DNA of 64,000 nucleotides from Candidatus Tayloriibacteriota bacterium (GTDB lineage: Bacteria > Patescibacteriota > Minisyncoccia > Phycocordibacterales > CAIRYW01): contig JAQBQZ010000014.1 in assembly GCA_028286725.1 (NCBI GenBank), positions 5,051-69,050 on the forward strand, given 5' to 3'. Under the pieces are notes generated by a model. The model made no database searches, was not told the DNA's origin, and saw only the letters and a list, made by a program, of their open reading frames with translations. The position numbers were made by a program, and so were the translations under genes. This document shows, in pieces, positions 50,167-59,241 of this stretch; position 1 is the stretch's first letter, and each line of letters begins with the position of its first letter.

Positions 50167-50239
50167 TGCCGAGAGCCAGATTCGAACTGGCGACCCCTTC
50201 CTCTTCAGGGAAATGCTCTACCAACTGAGCTATCTCGGC
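50167..50239 (-). tRNA. tRNA-Phe(GAA)
   Basis: Acceptor GCCGAGA/TCTCGGC; anticodon loop CTGAAGA; T-arm GCCAG-TTCGAAT-CTGGC. Confidence 0.95.
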
Positions 50240-50355
50240 ATGGCCTGTTTTATAAGGTTACAGAGCCATATTACACGATTTAAGGCATATTATCAACAGA
50301 GGGCGGTTTCCATTTTCCAACCAAAACAAAACCGCCCTTTCGGGCGGGTTTCAAT

Positions 50356-50793
50356 CTATTGTTTAAATATCTTTCTTGCTGCCACTACTCCAGCTCCCAA
50401 GAAGAGCATGAGAAGTGATTGGCTAATATCGTTGATCTTTGCCTTGTCTCTTGATTCTTTAACTCCATCAAGACAGTTTTGTTTTTGAATGTCGAGATTC
50501 TTCTGCGCCTCTGCCTTTTCTGCTTCTGTTTGAACTACCGGTCTGCCACTTGCATCATATGTTGGATAAACGATACTGTTGTTTGCTATACAGTCACCTT
50601 CACGTCCATAATATGGTGTTGGTGCGTACACTGGCTGTTGGAAGAAAGGAAGTGCAGGGTAGACGCCTTCTTGTGGATATTTATCAAATGCCAATACATT
50701 AATACTTGTTCGCGCAACACCATAAATCCCTGCGAGGATCAGTATAACTCCGATAAATGTTAACCACTGATTCTGCTTTTTATTTTGATCCAT
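50356..50793 (-). CDS. Hypothetical two-TM protein
   Basis: TM segments at both ends with a Cys pair in the loop. Confidence 0.7.
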   Translation of the reverse strand: MDQNKKQNQWLTFIGVILILAGIYGVARTSINVLAFDKYPQEGVYPALPFFQQPVYAPTPYYGREGDCIANNSIVYPTYDASGRPVVQTEAEKAEAQKNLDIQKQNCLDGVKESRDKAKINDISQSLLMLFLGAGVVAARKIFKQ

Positions 50794-50812
50794 ATTTATA
50801 AATTATTATTAA

Positions 50813-51274
50813 TTATATTGATTTAACTCGTATCTTCGCCTGTCTACCTTTATCTATCTTTGGAAGCTTGAGTGTTAACATTCCTTTGTCTTCAAATGCG
50901 TCAGCTTTTTCAATGTCTACTTCTTGAGGAAGAAGGATAGTTCGTGCGAATCCTCCCCAGTATAGCTCTTTGTGGAAGTAATCTCCGTCATCAATATTGC
51001 TTTCTGATACTCGGCTGCCCTTGATTGATACTATGTCTCGAGAAAGTGAGATATCAAGATCTTCTTTTTTGACTCCAGCAATGATCGCCTTAATGATGAT
51101 GTTAGTTGCAGTTTCGTAGACATCAACAGAGAGCTCGCCCTCAACATCATCGTCATCTTTCCAGCTAGGTTTTGAGCTCACAACTTCTTCGTCGGAATCA
51201 AAAAGTTCCATCTCTTTGTCTTCTGGAGAAAGTGCGCCTTTCAGTCGTTTGAAAAATCCTTTTTCTTTACTCAT
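50813..51274 (-). CDS. Hsp20/alpha-crystallin family protein
   Basis: VDVYET, ELYWGGFAR.I.LP and GMLTLKLPK. Confidence 0.92.
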   Translation of the reverse strand: MSKEKGFFKRLKGALSPEDKEMELFDSDEEVVSSKPSWKDDDDVEGELSVDVYETATNIIIKAIIAGVKKEDLDISLSRDIVSIKGSRVSESNIDDGDYFHKELYWGGFARTILLPQEVDIEKADAFEDKGMLTLKLPKIDKGRQAKIRVKSI

Positions 51275-51278
51275 TTGA

Positions 51279-51962
51279 TTATATTTTTATCTTTTTAATG
51301 TTCTTAATTTTCTCGAGTATGAATATTACTCCAATAAGTCCGATCCACAATGCACAAAACACCCAGATCGTATGCTGTTCGCCTAATATTATAAAACTAT
51401 TGAATGCAGTATGCAATATTGTTGCGAATATGATTCCTCCAAATACCGCGAGTTGTTGAAGTGTTTTTGATTTATAAAAAACAAATCCCATTGCGATACC
51501 GATAGTTCCTGATGCAATTATATGAAGAAGAGTAGCGCCGACAAATCTGAAGGAAAGAGTCATGATACCTTTCTCAATCTCGCCATTTGCAAGCGGTTCA
51601 AAAAGAAACAGAATATTTTCTGCAGCAGCAAATCCGAGTGCGCTTGTGATCATGTAGATTGTTGGATCAATTGCTTCATCTACAAATCTTGTTTTGAGGG
51701 CAACGATATTGGCCGCGAGGAATTTGAGGAGTTCTTCGATAAATGCCCAAATGAAAAAGGAGAAGGTTGTGTATTCGAGGATATAAATACTGACACTCTT
51801 TTCGAGAAATCCTGCTACAAGGACCGAAAGCATACCTAAGGCAAAGGTACCCACAATAAGTCGGCGAGGCTCTCTGTGTTTGGCTTCACGAAGCCAGAAT
51901 TGAAGCCAGAGGACAGCTGGGATTATACCACCGATGAAACTGAGTAGAACTGCGTATTTCAT
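51279..51962 (-). CDS. PrsW family intramembrane protease
   Basis: EELLKF, ALGFAAAEN and LHTAFN. Confidence 0.9.
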   Translation of the reverse strand: MKYAVLLSFIGGIIPAVLWLQFWLREAKHREPRRLIVGTFALGMLSVLVAGFLEKSVSIYILEYTTFSFFIWAFIEELLKFLAANIVALKTRFVDEAIDPTIYMITSALGFAAAENILFLFEPLANGEIEKGIMTLSFRFVGATLLHIIASGTIGIAMGFVFYKSKTLQQLAVFGGIIFATILHTAFNSFIILGEQHTIWVFCALWIGLIGVIFILEKIKNIKKIKI

Positions 51963-52012
51963 AAAGATAGTATAGCAAAAAAAGCATTAAGTATCAGGTA
52001 TAAGTTAAAGCA

Positions 52013-52045
52013 AAATGCACGGCACCCCTCGGGTGCCGTGCATTT
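52013..52045. terminator. GCAC-family terminator of valS
   Basis: AAATGCACGGCACCC-CTC-GGGTGCCGTGCATTT. Confidence 0.8.
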
Positions 52046-52057
52046 CTGTGTGATATT

Positions 52058-54220
52058 TTATACCTTTGGATTTCCAGGCCATTTTTCTACCATGAGCATT
52101 GAATCGTCGGTATGAATTGTCTGCCAAATCTCTTCGGTTACAAACGGCATAAAAGGATGGAGAACTTTGAGCATGTTCTCAAGTGTGTGAAGAAGAAATT
52201 GGATTCGCGATGTCTTTTCTTCCTCTGTCCCGTCTTTAAATATTGTTTTACTTTCTTCAAGTATCACATCTGCGAGATTACTCCAGATATAGTGATAGAT
52301 CTTTTCTGCAACGATGTGGATCTTGTATTCCTCGAGCTCCGCTGTAATTGTTTTTATGAATTCCTGCTGTGCTTTGATAAGTTCAAGATCTTTAGGTGTT
52401 GGTGCACAGAATTTGTAATCGATCTCAGTCTTCAGCTCGTCTTTAGAAGTCAAAATAAATCGAGTAATGTTCCAGAGCTTGTTTCCAAAGTTTCTGTAAC
52501 CCTTGATCTTGTCATCTGAAAGAGAAAGATCGGTTCCTGGAGTATTACCCACCACAAGTCCAATACGGACTGCATCTGCACTATATTTTTCAATAAGTTC
52601 AACAGGACTTATAACATTGCCTTTTGATTTAGACATTTTCTGACCTTTGGCATCATTCACCATTCCATGAAGATACACTTTTTCAAACGGCACTTGGTTT
52701 TTGAGATAGAGTGAAAAGATAACCATTCGTGGGATCCATTTGAATATCAAATCTCGCCCTGTTTCCATCACCTGTGTTGGATGATATACATCGAGATCTT
52801 TGGTTTCTGGATATCCGAGTGCTAAAAGCGGCCACTGACCAGAAGAGAACCATGTGTCGAATGTGTCAGTATCAGTAACAAGGCTTGTCTTACAATCTGG
52901 ACACTCTGTTACATTGTCAGTATCGAGAAATCCTTTGTTACATTTGTCACAAACTTTAGCAGGTATAGGAATACCCCAAACGATCTGGCGAGAGATGTTC
53001 CAGTCGATAGTATTCTCCATCCAGTAAGTAAAGATCTTCTCAAAGTTCTCAGGCATAAAAGAGATCTGTTTTTTTTCGATTGCGGTGAGTGCGAGCTTGC
53101 CGAGTGGCGCCATTTTGACGAACCACTGATCTTTTACTTGAGGCTCGATCTGAGTCTCACATTTGTAGCAGCATTTTAAGTTGTGAACATAATTCTCATC
53201 AACTTTATCTAGGAGACCTTTTGATTTTAGTTTTTCGACAATGAGCGGTCGAGCTTTACTGATATGGAGTCCGGCGAATTCACCTGCGATAGGGAGGAGC
53301 TTTCCTTTCCAGTCGATCACTTGCTCCATGTCGAGGTTGTGTCGTTTTGCGATCTCGAAGTCTACTGCATCGTGCCATGGAGTGATGGTCATTACACCAG
53401 TACCGAATTCCATATCAACAGATTCATCTTTGATGACAGTTGCAGTGATTGGTCCATTGATCCATTCAAGATCAATTTTTTGTCCATGTTTGTATTCGCT
53501 GTATCGAACATCTTTTGGATGCATTACCACATATTTGTCTCCAAATTTTGTCTCTGGTCGAGAAGTGGCGATCGTGAATGGTCCATATTTGAAGTAATAA
53601 AAAGGCTCTTTCTTTTCTTTAAATTCTGTTTCAACTTCTGAAAGGGAAGTCTGGTGCTTTGCGCACCAGTTTACAATTCGCTTACCGCGGTAGATGAGAT
53701 CATCTTTGAACATCTTTCGAAATGTCTCTTGAACGGTCTTTACAACATCTGCATCAAGCGTAAATTTTTCTCGCGACCAATCACAAGATGCACCAATTCG
53801 GCGAACATCGTCTTCCATGAACTTTTTGTTTTCGATCGTGAAATCAAAAATTTCTTTGTAGAGATCCTCGCTCTTCATTTCAAATCTAGAGCGGCCTTCT
53901 TTCTCAAGTTTCTTTTCGTATACGATCTGTGTTTCAAATCCTGCATGGTCAGCACCTGGAACCCAAAGTGTTCTTTTGCCCTGCATACGAGCAAAACGGA
54001 TGAATATATCCTGAAGAGTGATAGTGAGTCCGTGACCTGCGTGAAGGCGACCGTTGGCGTTTGGTGGAGGCATGATGATTGTATAGGGTTTTGCATCTTT
54101 GTCAGTCGCGCCCTTTTCGATACATATATCAGGATTGAAAAAGCCACTCTCTTCCCAGAGTTTATAGATCCGACCCTCTGTCTCAGCAGGGTTATATGGC
54201 TTTAAGAATTTGTCGTTCAT
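52058..54220 (-). CDS. valS: Valine-tRNA ligase (no C-terminal coiled coil)
   Basis: PPPNANG.LHAGH, DWNISRQIVWG, DTWFSS and KMSKS. Confidence 0.96.
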   Translation of the reverse strand: MNDKFLKPYNPAETEGRIYKLWEESGFFNPDICIEKGATDKDAKPYTIIMPPPNANGRLHAGHGLTITLQDIFIRFARMQGKRTLWVPGADHAGFETQIVYEKKLEKEGRSRFEMKSEDLYKEIFDFTIENKKFMEDDVRRIGASCDWSREKFTLDADVVKTVQETFRKMFKDDLIYRGKRIVNWCAKHQTSLSEVETEFKEKKEPFYYFKYGPFTIATSRPETKFGDKYVVMHPKDVRYSEYKHGQKIDLEWINGPITATVIKDESVDMEFGTGVMTITPWHDAVDFEIAKRHNLDMEQVIDWKGKLLPIAGEFAGLHISKARPLIVEKLKSKGLLDKVDENYVHNLKCCYKCETQIEPQVKDQWFVKMAPLGKLALTAIEKKQISFMPENFEKIFTYWMENTIDWNISRQIVWGIPIPAKVCDKCNKGFLDTDNVTECPDCKTSLVTDTDTFDTWFSSGQWPLLALGYPETKDLDVYHPTQVMETGRDLIFKWIPRMVIFSLYLKNQVPFEKVYLHGMVNDAKGQKMSKSKGNVISPVELIEKYSADAVRIGLVVGNTPGTDLSLSDDKIKGYRNFGNKLWNITRFILTSKDELKTEIDYKFCAPTPKDLELIKAQQEFIKTITAELEEYKIHIVAEKIYHYIWSNLADVILEESKTIFKDGTEEEKTSRIQFLLHTLENMLKVLHPFMPFVTEEIWQTIHTDDSMLMVEKWPGNPKV

Positions 54221-54277
54221 ACGAGAAATACTAGCATTTTTATTGATTTTTTTCAAAAAAATGGATATAAAGAGTAT

Positions 54278-54553
54278 ATGAACATTTGTCCGTACCATCC
54301 AGTTAAAACGTTAAAAATGTCAGAATTGGAGCTGGGCGATATATTTTGTTTTACGGCAGCTTCCGCAAAATACTATTGTGAGCAGCACAAGGGTGTGGCT
54401 GTCGAAAGATTTAATTTTCGCTTTTACAGGCTTAGATGTTTTGTTCTTTACAACTTCCAAACCCTTGATAGGGATATTGAAAGAATCGCCTATGTTGGCG
54501 AGGGAATGGAACGTGATTATGAGGTGTTGTTACTATTACGAGGTGACTCTTAG
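54278..54553 (+). CDS. Small hypothetical protein
   Basis: ORF fills the gap, with promoter-like sequence upstream and a hairpin downstream. Confidence 0.4.
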   Translation: MNICPYHPVKTLKMSELELGDIFCFTAASAKYYCEQHKGVAVERFNFRFYRLRCFVLYNFQTLDRDIERIAYVGEGMERDYEVLLLLRGDS

Positions 54554-54600
54554 CTTTTGGCGGGGTCACTTTTTTATTTATGATATAATTTCTTTTACTT

Positions 54601-55464
54601 ATGAAAGTGCTCAAAAAGATTTTAAAGATTTTGGGATACATTATTCTCTCAGCGGTTCTCATTATTGCTCTTGCACTCTTTATCGTATCTTTTAAAAAAC
54701 CTTCAAATGACAAGGTGTGGGATAGTGCGGTCAAAGTTCTACCCGAGATCTCTTTTGATAAAAACAAAGTAACCATAAAGAATCTCCGAGATTTTTCTTA
54801 TTCTGCTAAAGATAAAATAAATAAAGAAGAATACTATAAGGATGTATTTGATACCGAAAAAATCAAAGACGTGTATTTTCTCGTAAATCCATTCGATGGT
54901 CATCCATCTTTTGCTCACACTTTCTTTTCTTTTGTTTTCAGTGATGGCAAGACTGTCTCGGTATCAATTGAAGCTCGAAAGGAGGTGGGTGAGTCATACT
55001 CATCAATAAAGGGAATTCTCAATGACTACGAACTCTCGATTCTGTGGGGAAGTGAAAAAGATTTTCTTTCTCGAAGGGCTGTCTATTTCGATGAAGATCT
55101 CTATCGCTACAAACTTCAAGTGGGCAGTACTACGGCGAAGTCTCTTTTTATGGATATGCTGGACCAAACAATAAAAACAGAGTCACAACCAAGGTTTTAT
55201 AATACGATCACTGACAACTGCACCAATCTTCTTGCTGATAGTGCAAACAGGGTAAATCCAGGAAGTGTGCCATGGACATGGGCTCGAATATTTACTGGAC
55301 GGTCTCCGGAAGTTCTTTATGATTTGAAGCTTATTGAGAATGATCCAAAAGGATTTGAATATGTAGAACAACAATCAGATATAAGTCCTTTGATTAGAAA
55401 GATAATAAGTGGAAATCCAGGGCTAACAAAATTTGGGTTTTCAAATATTCCGGGCATACATTAA
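54601..55464 (+). CDS. DUF4105 (Lnb-like) domain protein
   Basis: FAHTFFSF, SIEARKE and FYNTITDNCT. Confidence 0.85.
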   Translation: MKVLKKILKILGYIILSAVLIIALALFIVSFKKPSNDKVWDSAVKVLPEISFDKNKVTIKNLRDFSYSAKDKINKEEYYKDVFDTEKIKDVYFLVNPFDGHPSFAHTFFSFVFSDGKTVSVSIEARKEVGESYSSIKGILNDYELSILWGSEKDFLSRRAVYFDEDLYRYKLQVGSTTAKSLFMDMLDQTIKTESQPRFYNTITDNCTNLLADSANRVNPGSVPWTWARIFTGRSPEVLYDLKLIENDPKGFEYVEQQSDISPLIRKIISGNPGLTKFGFSNIPGIH

Positions 55465-55512
55465 AAAACAAGCAGCCAATAAAGCTGCTTGTTTTTTATA
55501 GAAGAGAATTTT

Positions 55513-56318
55513 CTATTTCTTTGTCATGATAACGACTCCGTCTTTATCTTTCGAGAACTCATAGTAAGTTACTCCATTTTTGTCTTCGCTTTTAAGGATC
55601 AGATTTCCTGAACTTTTCTCTACGCTAAGTTCAACGGATGTTTGAGGATCATTATCATCTTCTGCATCCACAACTACATCAATAATTTTACCTTCCTTTT
55701 CCAGAGATAAATTTGCTGAAAGCTTAAGGATCTTTCGACCATCTTGAGGAGTGTAACTGAACCAGTGTATACCAAGCTCTTTTGCTCGTTCTTTAGCGCC
55801 TTCACCTATTGTAAGCTCCTTTTTTGGTTCTATGATTTCGACTTTTGAGTCGTATTGAATCTTCTTGTTATCGAGTATTGCCTTTACTCCATTCTTGAAA
55901 TCAGGTTCTGTAAAGTCTTTTTTTTCTGAGTGCAAACTTCCAACATGTTCATCTTTATAATAAATTCCGATTTTCTCACCCATGCCACGACTAAATATTC
56001 CTTGAGGCTCACCAATTTTTAGGTCGCTATTACCAAATTCTTTCAACCAAGCTGCAGCATTTTGGTGTCTTTGTTCAAATGTGAGTACTTGTTCAGGGGC
56101 TTTCGGTGGGTGTTGAGTTTCCACAATAGCACCTTCTGATTTCTGTGCTGGCATGGCACCAGCAAATGCTGCAACTGCGAGTGCAGAATTGAAAAGACGT
56201 CTTATTTTCCGCTTCCGCTTTTCCGTTCAGTAACTGGATCAGGTGCCACATCTAATGCCGGTGCTTCTTCATGAGTAATATGAGACTGATCTTCGGGCTG
56301 TGGATTATATGATTCCAT
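55513..56318 (-). pseudogene. Membrane-anchored hypothetical protein split by a -1 frameshift
   Basis: A 38-aa ORF from 56318 stops at 56202; the -1 frame continues through a hydrophobic segment into ORF 55513..56154. Confidence 0.55.
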
Positions 56319-56401
56319 AAATGATTAGCTATTAGCTATTAGATAATGGATAAATTATAGCACCTTATCTAAAGAGGAAACAAATGGTGTATACAGGTAA
56401 A

Positions 56402-57574
56402 TTAAAATTTTAGATGTCCCTCAGCTTTAATATTCCTTTGATTTATAATCTTTTTCTTTTTGTACACATTTAGATATCCTGCGATAGCAATCATGATTGC
56501 ATTGTCTGTTGAGAGTGCTTTGTCAGGGATATGAAGATTAATGTTTAGTTCATTCACCATTGCCTGAAGATTGTTTCTTAAATGTTTGTTTGCACTTACA
56601 CCACCCCCAACAATAAGAGTTTTGACTTTGAAATGTTCTATAGCTTTCTTGGTTTTGTGAATGAGCACATCAACAGCTGCATCTTCAAATTCTTTGGCGA
56701 TCTCTGTTTTGATTTGTTCTGTAATTTGAGGAATATCTCGAACCGTATAAAGTACTGCGGTTTTGAGACCGGAGAATGAGAAGTCAAAATCCTTTGTATA
56801 CATCATTGGACGAGGTAGTTTTATATCTGAAGTTTGATTTTCTTTATTTCGAATTGTTTCGGCAAGAGTTGAGATCTGTGGTCCGCCAGGGTACGGGAGT
56901 CCCAATATCCGTGCTGCCTTGTCGAATGCTTCGCCAACCGCATCATCTTTTGTTTGCCCAATGACTTTGTATTTACCCCAGTCTTTGACGAGTACCAATT
57001 CTGTGTGACCTCCGCTTACAAGAAGTGAGAGTGCAGGGAACTGTTTTTTATTGGAAATATTAAATTCCGATTTGGAAATTTGCTTTTTGTTCATGAGTAC
57101 TGAAGCAATGTGTCCCTCCATGTGATTCACACCGATCATTGGAATATCCCAAAGTTCGCTTAAAGCTTTTGCAAAACTTATTCCTACCCATAAAGCAGGT
57201 TCAAGTCCCGGACCTTTTGTAACAGCGATCAGGTCTATTTTTGGAGCTTTAATATTGAGAATATGATTTGTGATATGTTCAAGGAGTTCCGGCTCGCGGA
57301 TAAGAATTGTTTTGAGTTTATTTATTTTTTTATCATCAATTTTTGACTTTAAATATGTGAGATTTTTTGAATCTTTGAGAACTTTAATGAGAAGTGGTAT
57401 TGAATTCTTTTGGTGCTCTCTTCGAGCGAGGTTAGGGAAGACACCTCCATATTGTTCATGTAGTTTTGCTTGTGATGCCAGTGCGTCTCCTAATACTTCT
57501 ATTTTATTTTTTGAAATAGAAAGAAGGGAAATGGCTGTTTCGTCGCAAGAGGTTTCTATAGATAATATCTTCAT
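56402..57574 (-). CDS. tsaD: tRNA N6-threonylcarbamoyltransferase
   Basis: IETSCDET, NHMEGH, VSGGHT, FSFSGLKT and TDNAIMI. Confidence 0.96.
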   Translation of the reverse strand: MKILSIETSCDETAISLLSISKNKIEVLGDALASQAKLHEQYGGVFPNLARREHQKNSIPLLIKVLKDSKNLTYLKSKIDDKKINKLKTILIREPELLEHITNHILNIKAPKIDLIAVTKGPGLEPALWVGISFAKALSELWDIPMIGVNHMEGHIASVLMNKKQISKSEFNISNKKQFPALSLLVSGGHTELVLVKDWGKYKVIGQTKDDAVGEAFDKAARILGLPYPGGPQISTLAETIRNKENQTSDIKLPRPMMYTKDFDFSFSGLKTAVLYTVRDIPQITEQIKTEIAKEFEDAAVDVLIHKTKKAIEHFKVKTLIVGGGVSANKHLRNNLQAMVNELNINLHIPDKALSTDNAIMIAIAGYLNVYKKKKIINQRNIKAEGHLKF

Positions 57575-57695
57575 ATGATAGGTGAGTTATTAGAAAAGCA
57601 AAAGATTGGCACTTCGTGCCCCTGCAGATTTGTACTCAAATGTGCTTTGGGGTCGCACGAAGTTTCGATTGAGAGGATTTTCATATAAAAAGTGA

Positions 57696-57890
57696 TGGTC
57701 TACGTGGAGATTCGAAACTTACAGTTTCAGTATACCTTTTGAGTCTACGGGGAGATTCGGTCACAGATAATTTTCTGGTGAAAATTTCTGCGACCCCGAC
57801 TCCTCCGCCTTCGCGGAGTCCGTCTTTCGACTCATTTTTTAAAGCAATCCCATTGCTTTAAAAATTCAAAATATCTTCGATATTTATGAG
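57696..57890 (-). repeat. Orphaned tRNA-linked elements at the island boundary (att-like)
   Basis: Direct repeats GTCTACG(T/G)GGAGATTCG at 57698-57714 and 57743-57759; a 33-nt module is 29/33 identical to 32988-33020. Confidence 0.6.
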
Positions 57891-58072
57891 CCCATTGTAC
57901 CTTGAATGGAACACAGTAGAAAGCACGGTTTTAGAGTGGAAACAGGCTTTTGAACTTATGGGACGACAATGGATCGTTGCCTGATTCCTTTAAAACAAAG
58001 CCATTTTTGCGATATGCCGACTCGGCATCATTACCTCTCTGGGTATAGAACTCTATCATTATCAATGTATGT

Positions 58073-58492
58073 AAGGAAGTAGAGCACGGCATCCGTTTTA
58101 TTTACGCAGACAGCGCCGGAAAGTTTGAAAACATCGCACTGCAGAATGCTCTCAGCTCTGCAAACGATGGCAGAGGCGTTCCTTGCAAAGTGATCGAGGT
58201 AGTTTTCTCAAAAGAGAAAGACGAAATGGTGGGCAATTTGCGAGCTCACTTCGAGCAAGGGAAGATAAAGCTACCAAAGAAATATCGCGATGCCTTCTAC
58301 CAGTTTAAAAACTATCGATACCAAGAGGGCACCGACAAGCCAGTGAAGAAAGACGACCACATCCCCGACTCGACAATGTGCGCACTCCAGCACTTCAAAC
58401 TCGGACAGGTGAAATTAATCAGAACAGTGATTCACTTTCACCATTGGAGTTTTTGTAGCTTTTTATTGATATATTCTTTATTTGCAAGGTAA
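58073..58492 (+). pseudogene. Phage terminase large subunit, C-terminal nuclease fragment
   Basis: In-frame IYADSAG...FKNYRY..DKPVKKDDHIPDSTM; no ATPase half upstream. Confidence 0.6.
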
Positions 58493-58555
58493 AAAGGGTG
58501 TTTTGCCATCAAACCCTATGGTGATTAACCGTGATTTTAAAGGGTGTATGGCAGT

Positions 58556-59227
58556 TCAAAAACTATCTTGTATGTTGGCGATCGCTGTCCGTCTTACGAT
58601 ATCCCGGAGTTCTTCATAAGTAAGTGAAATATCTAGAGATATCCTTCTTTTCTTACCTTTCTTGCCAAGACTGCTCGATGTGATAAATCCCCAGTCTGTA
58701 TACCCAGCACGTTTAATTTTATCTGCCTCATTAGGCAGGGAAAAACTATAATAATCCTCGCCGTGGACCGCTTGATTTCTTATTTCATAGAGAATCCTTA
58801 AAATAGAGCTAAACCTGAGACTGTGGTGCTTTGGACTTAGCAGGGTTCTTGTAAATCCTAATAAGATTTTTTCTTTATCTTGCTCTGAGGTAAAGGCAAA
58901 GAATCTTTTTATTGCATCAAACGATCCGATCGCATTTCTTCCAGTTTTCATTTTTGTAACTGCTTCAGCCAAAGCAATTAGGAAAATTATTTTAAGTGCA
59001 GGTCTATTTTGTCTTACTAGTTCTTGATCGTCCGCAATATCCAAATACCACTGAGCACGCAAAAGCATACGCCGAGTTTTTAATTTTCTTAAACACTTTT
59101 TTATAAACTTTTTACGCTCCTCCTTATCTGCAAGCAGCGGTGTCAAAAACTGATGGAGCTCAGTGTCTTCAACAAGCGCTTGTCTGGTTGCGTCCTCAAC
59201 AGGTTTCCATATAGATGAAGTTGCCAT
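58556..59227 (-). CDS. HEPN-motif protein (putative RNase toxin)
   Basis: Helical protein with LYEIRNQAVH (Rx4H) and upstream LIALAEA. Confidence 0.6.
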   Translation of the reverse strand: MATSSIWKPVEDATRQALVEDTELHQFLTPLLADKEERKKFIKKCLRKLKTRRMLLRAQWYLDIADDQELVRQNRPALKIIFLIALAEAVTKMKTGRNAIGSFDAIKRFFAFTSEQDKEKILLGFTRTLLSPKHHSLRFSSILRILYEIRNQAVHGEDYYSFSLPNEADKIKRAGYTDWGFITSSSLGKKGKKRRISLDISLTYEELRDIVRRTAIANIQDSF

Positions 59228-59241
59228 GTGTTTACAATAAA

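Noticed and set aside
49952-50488. ORFs 49952..50224, 50041..50283 and 50102..50488
   Set aside because: They are translations of tRNA-Phe and its palindrome.
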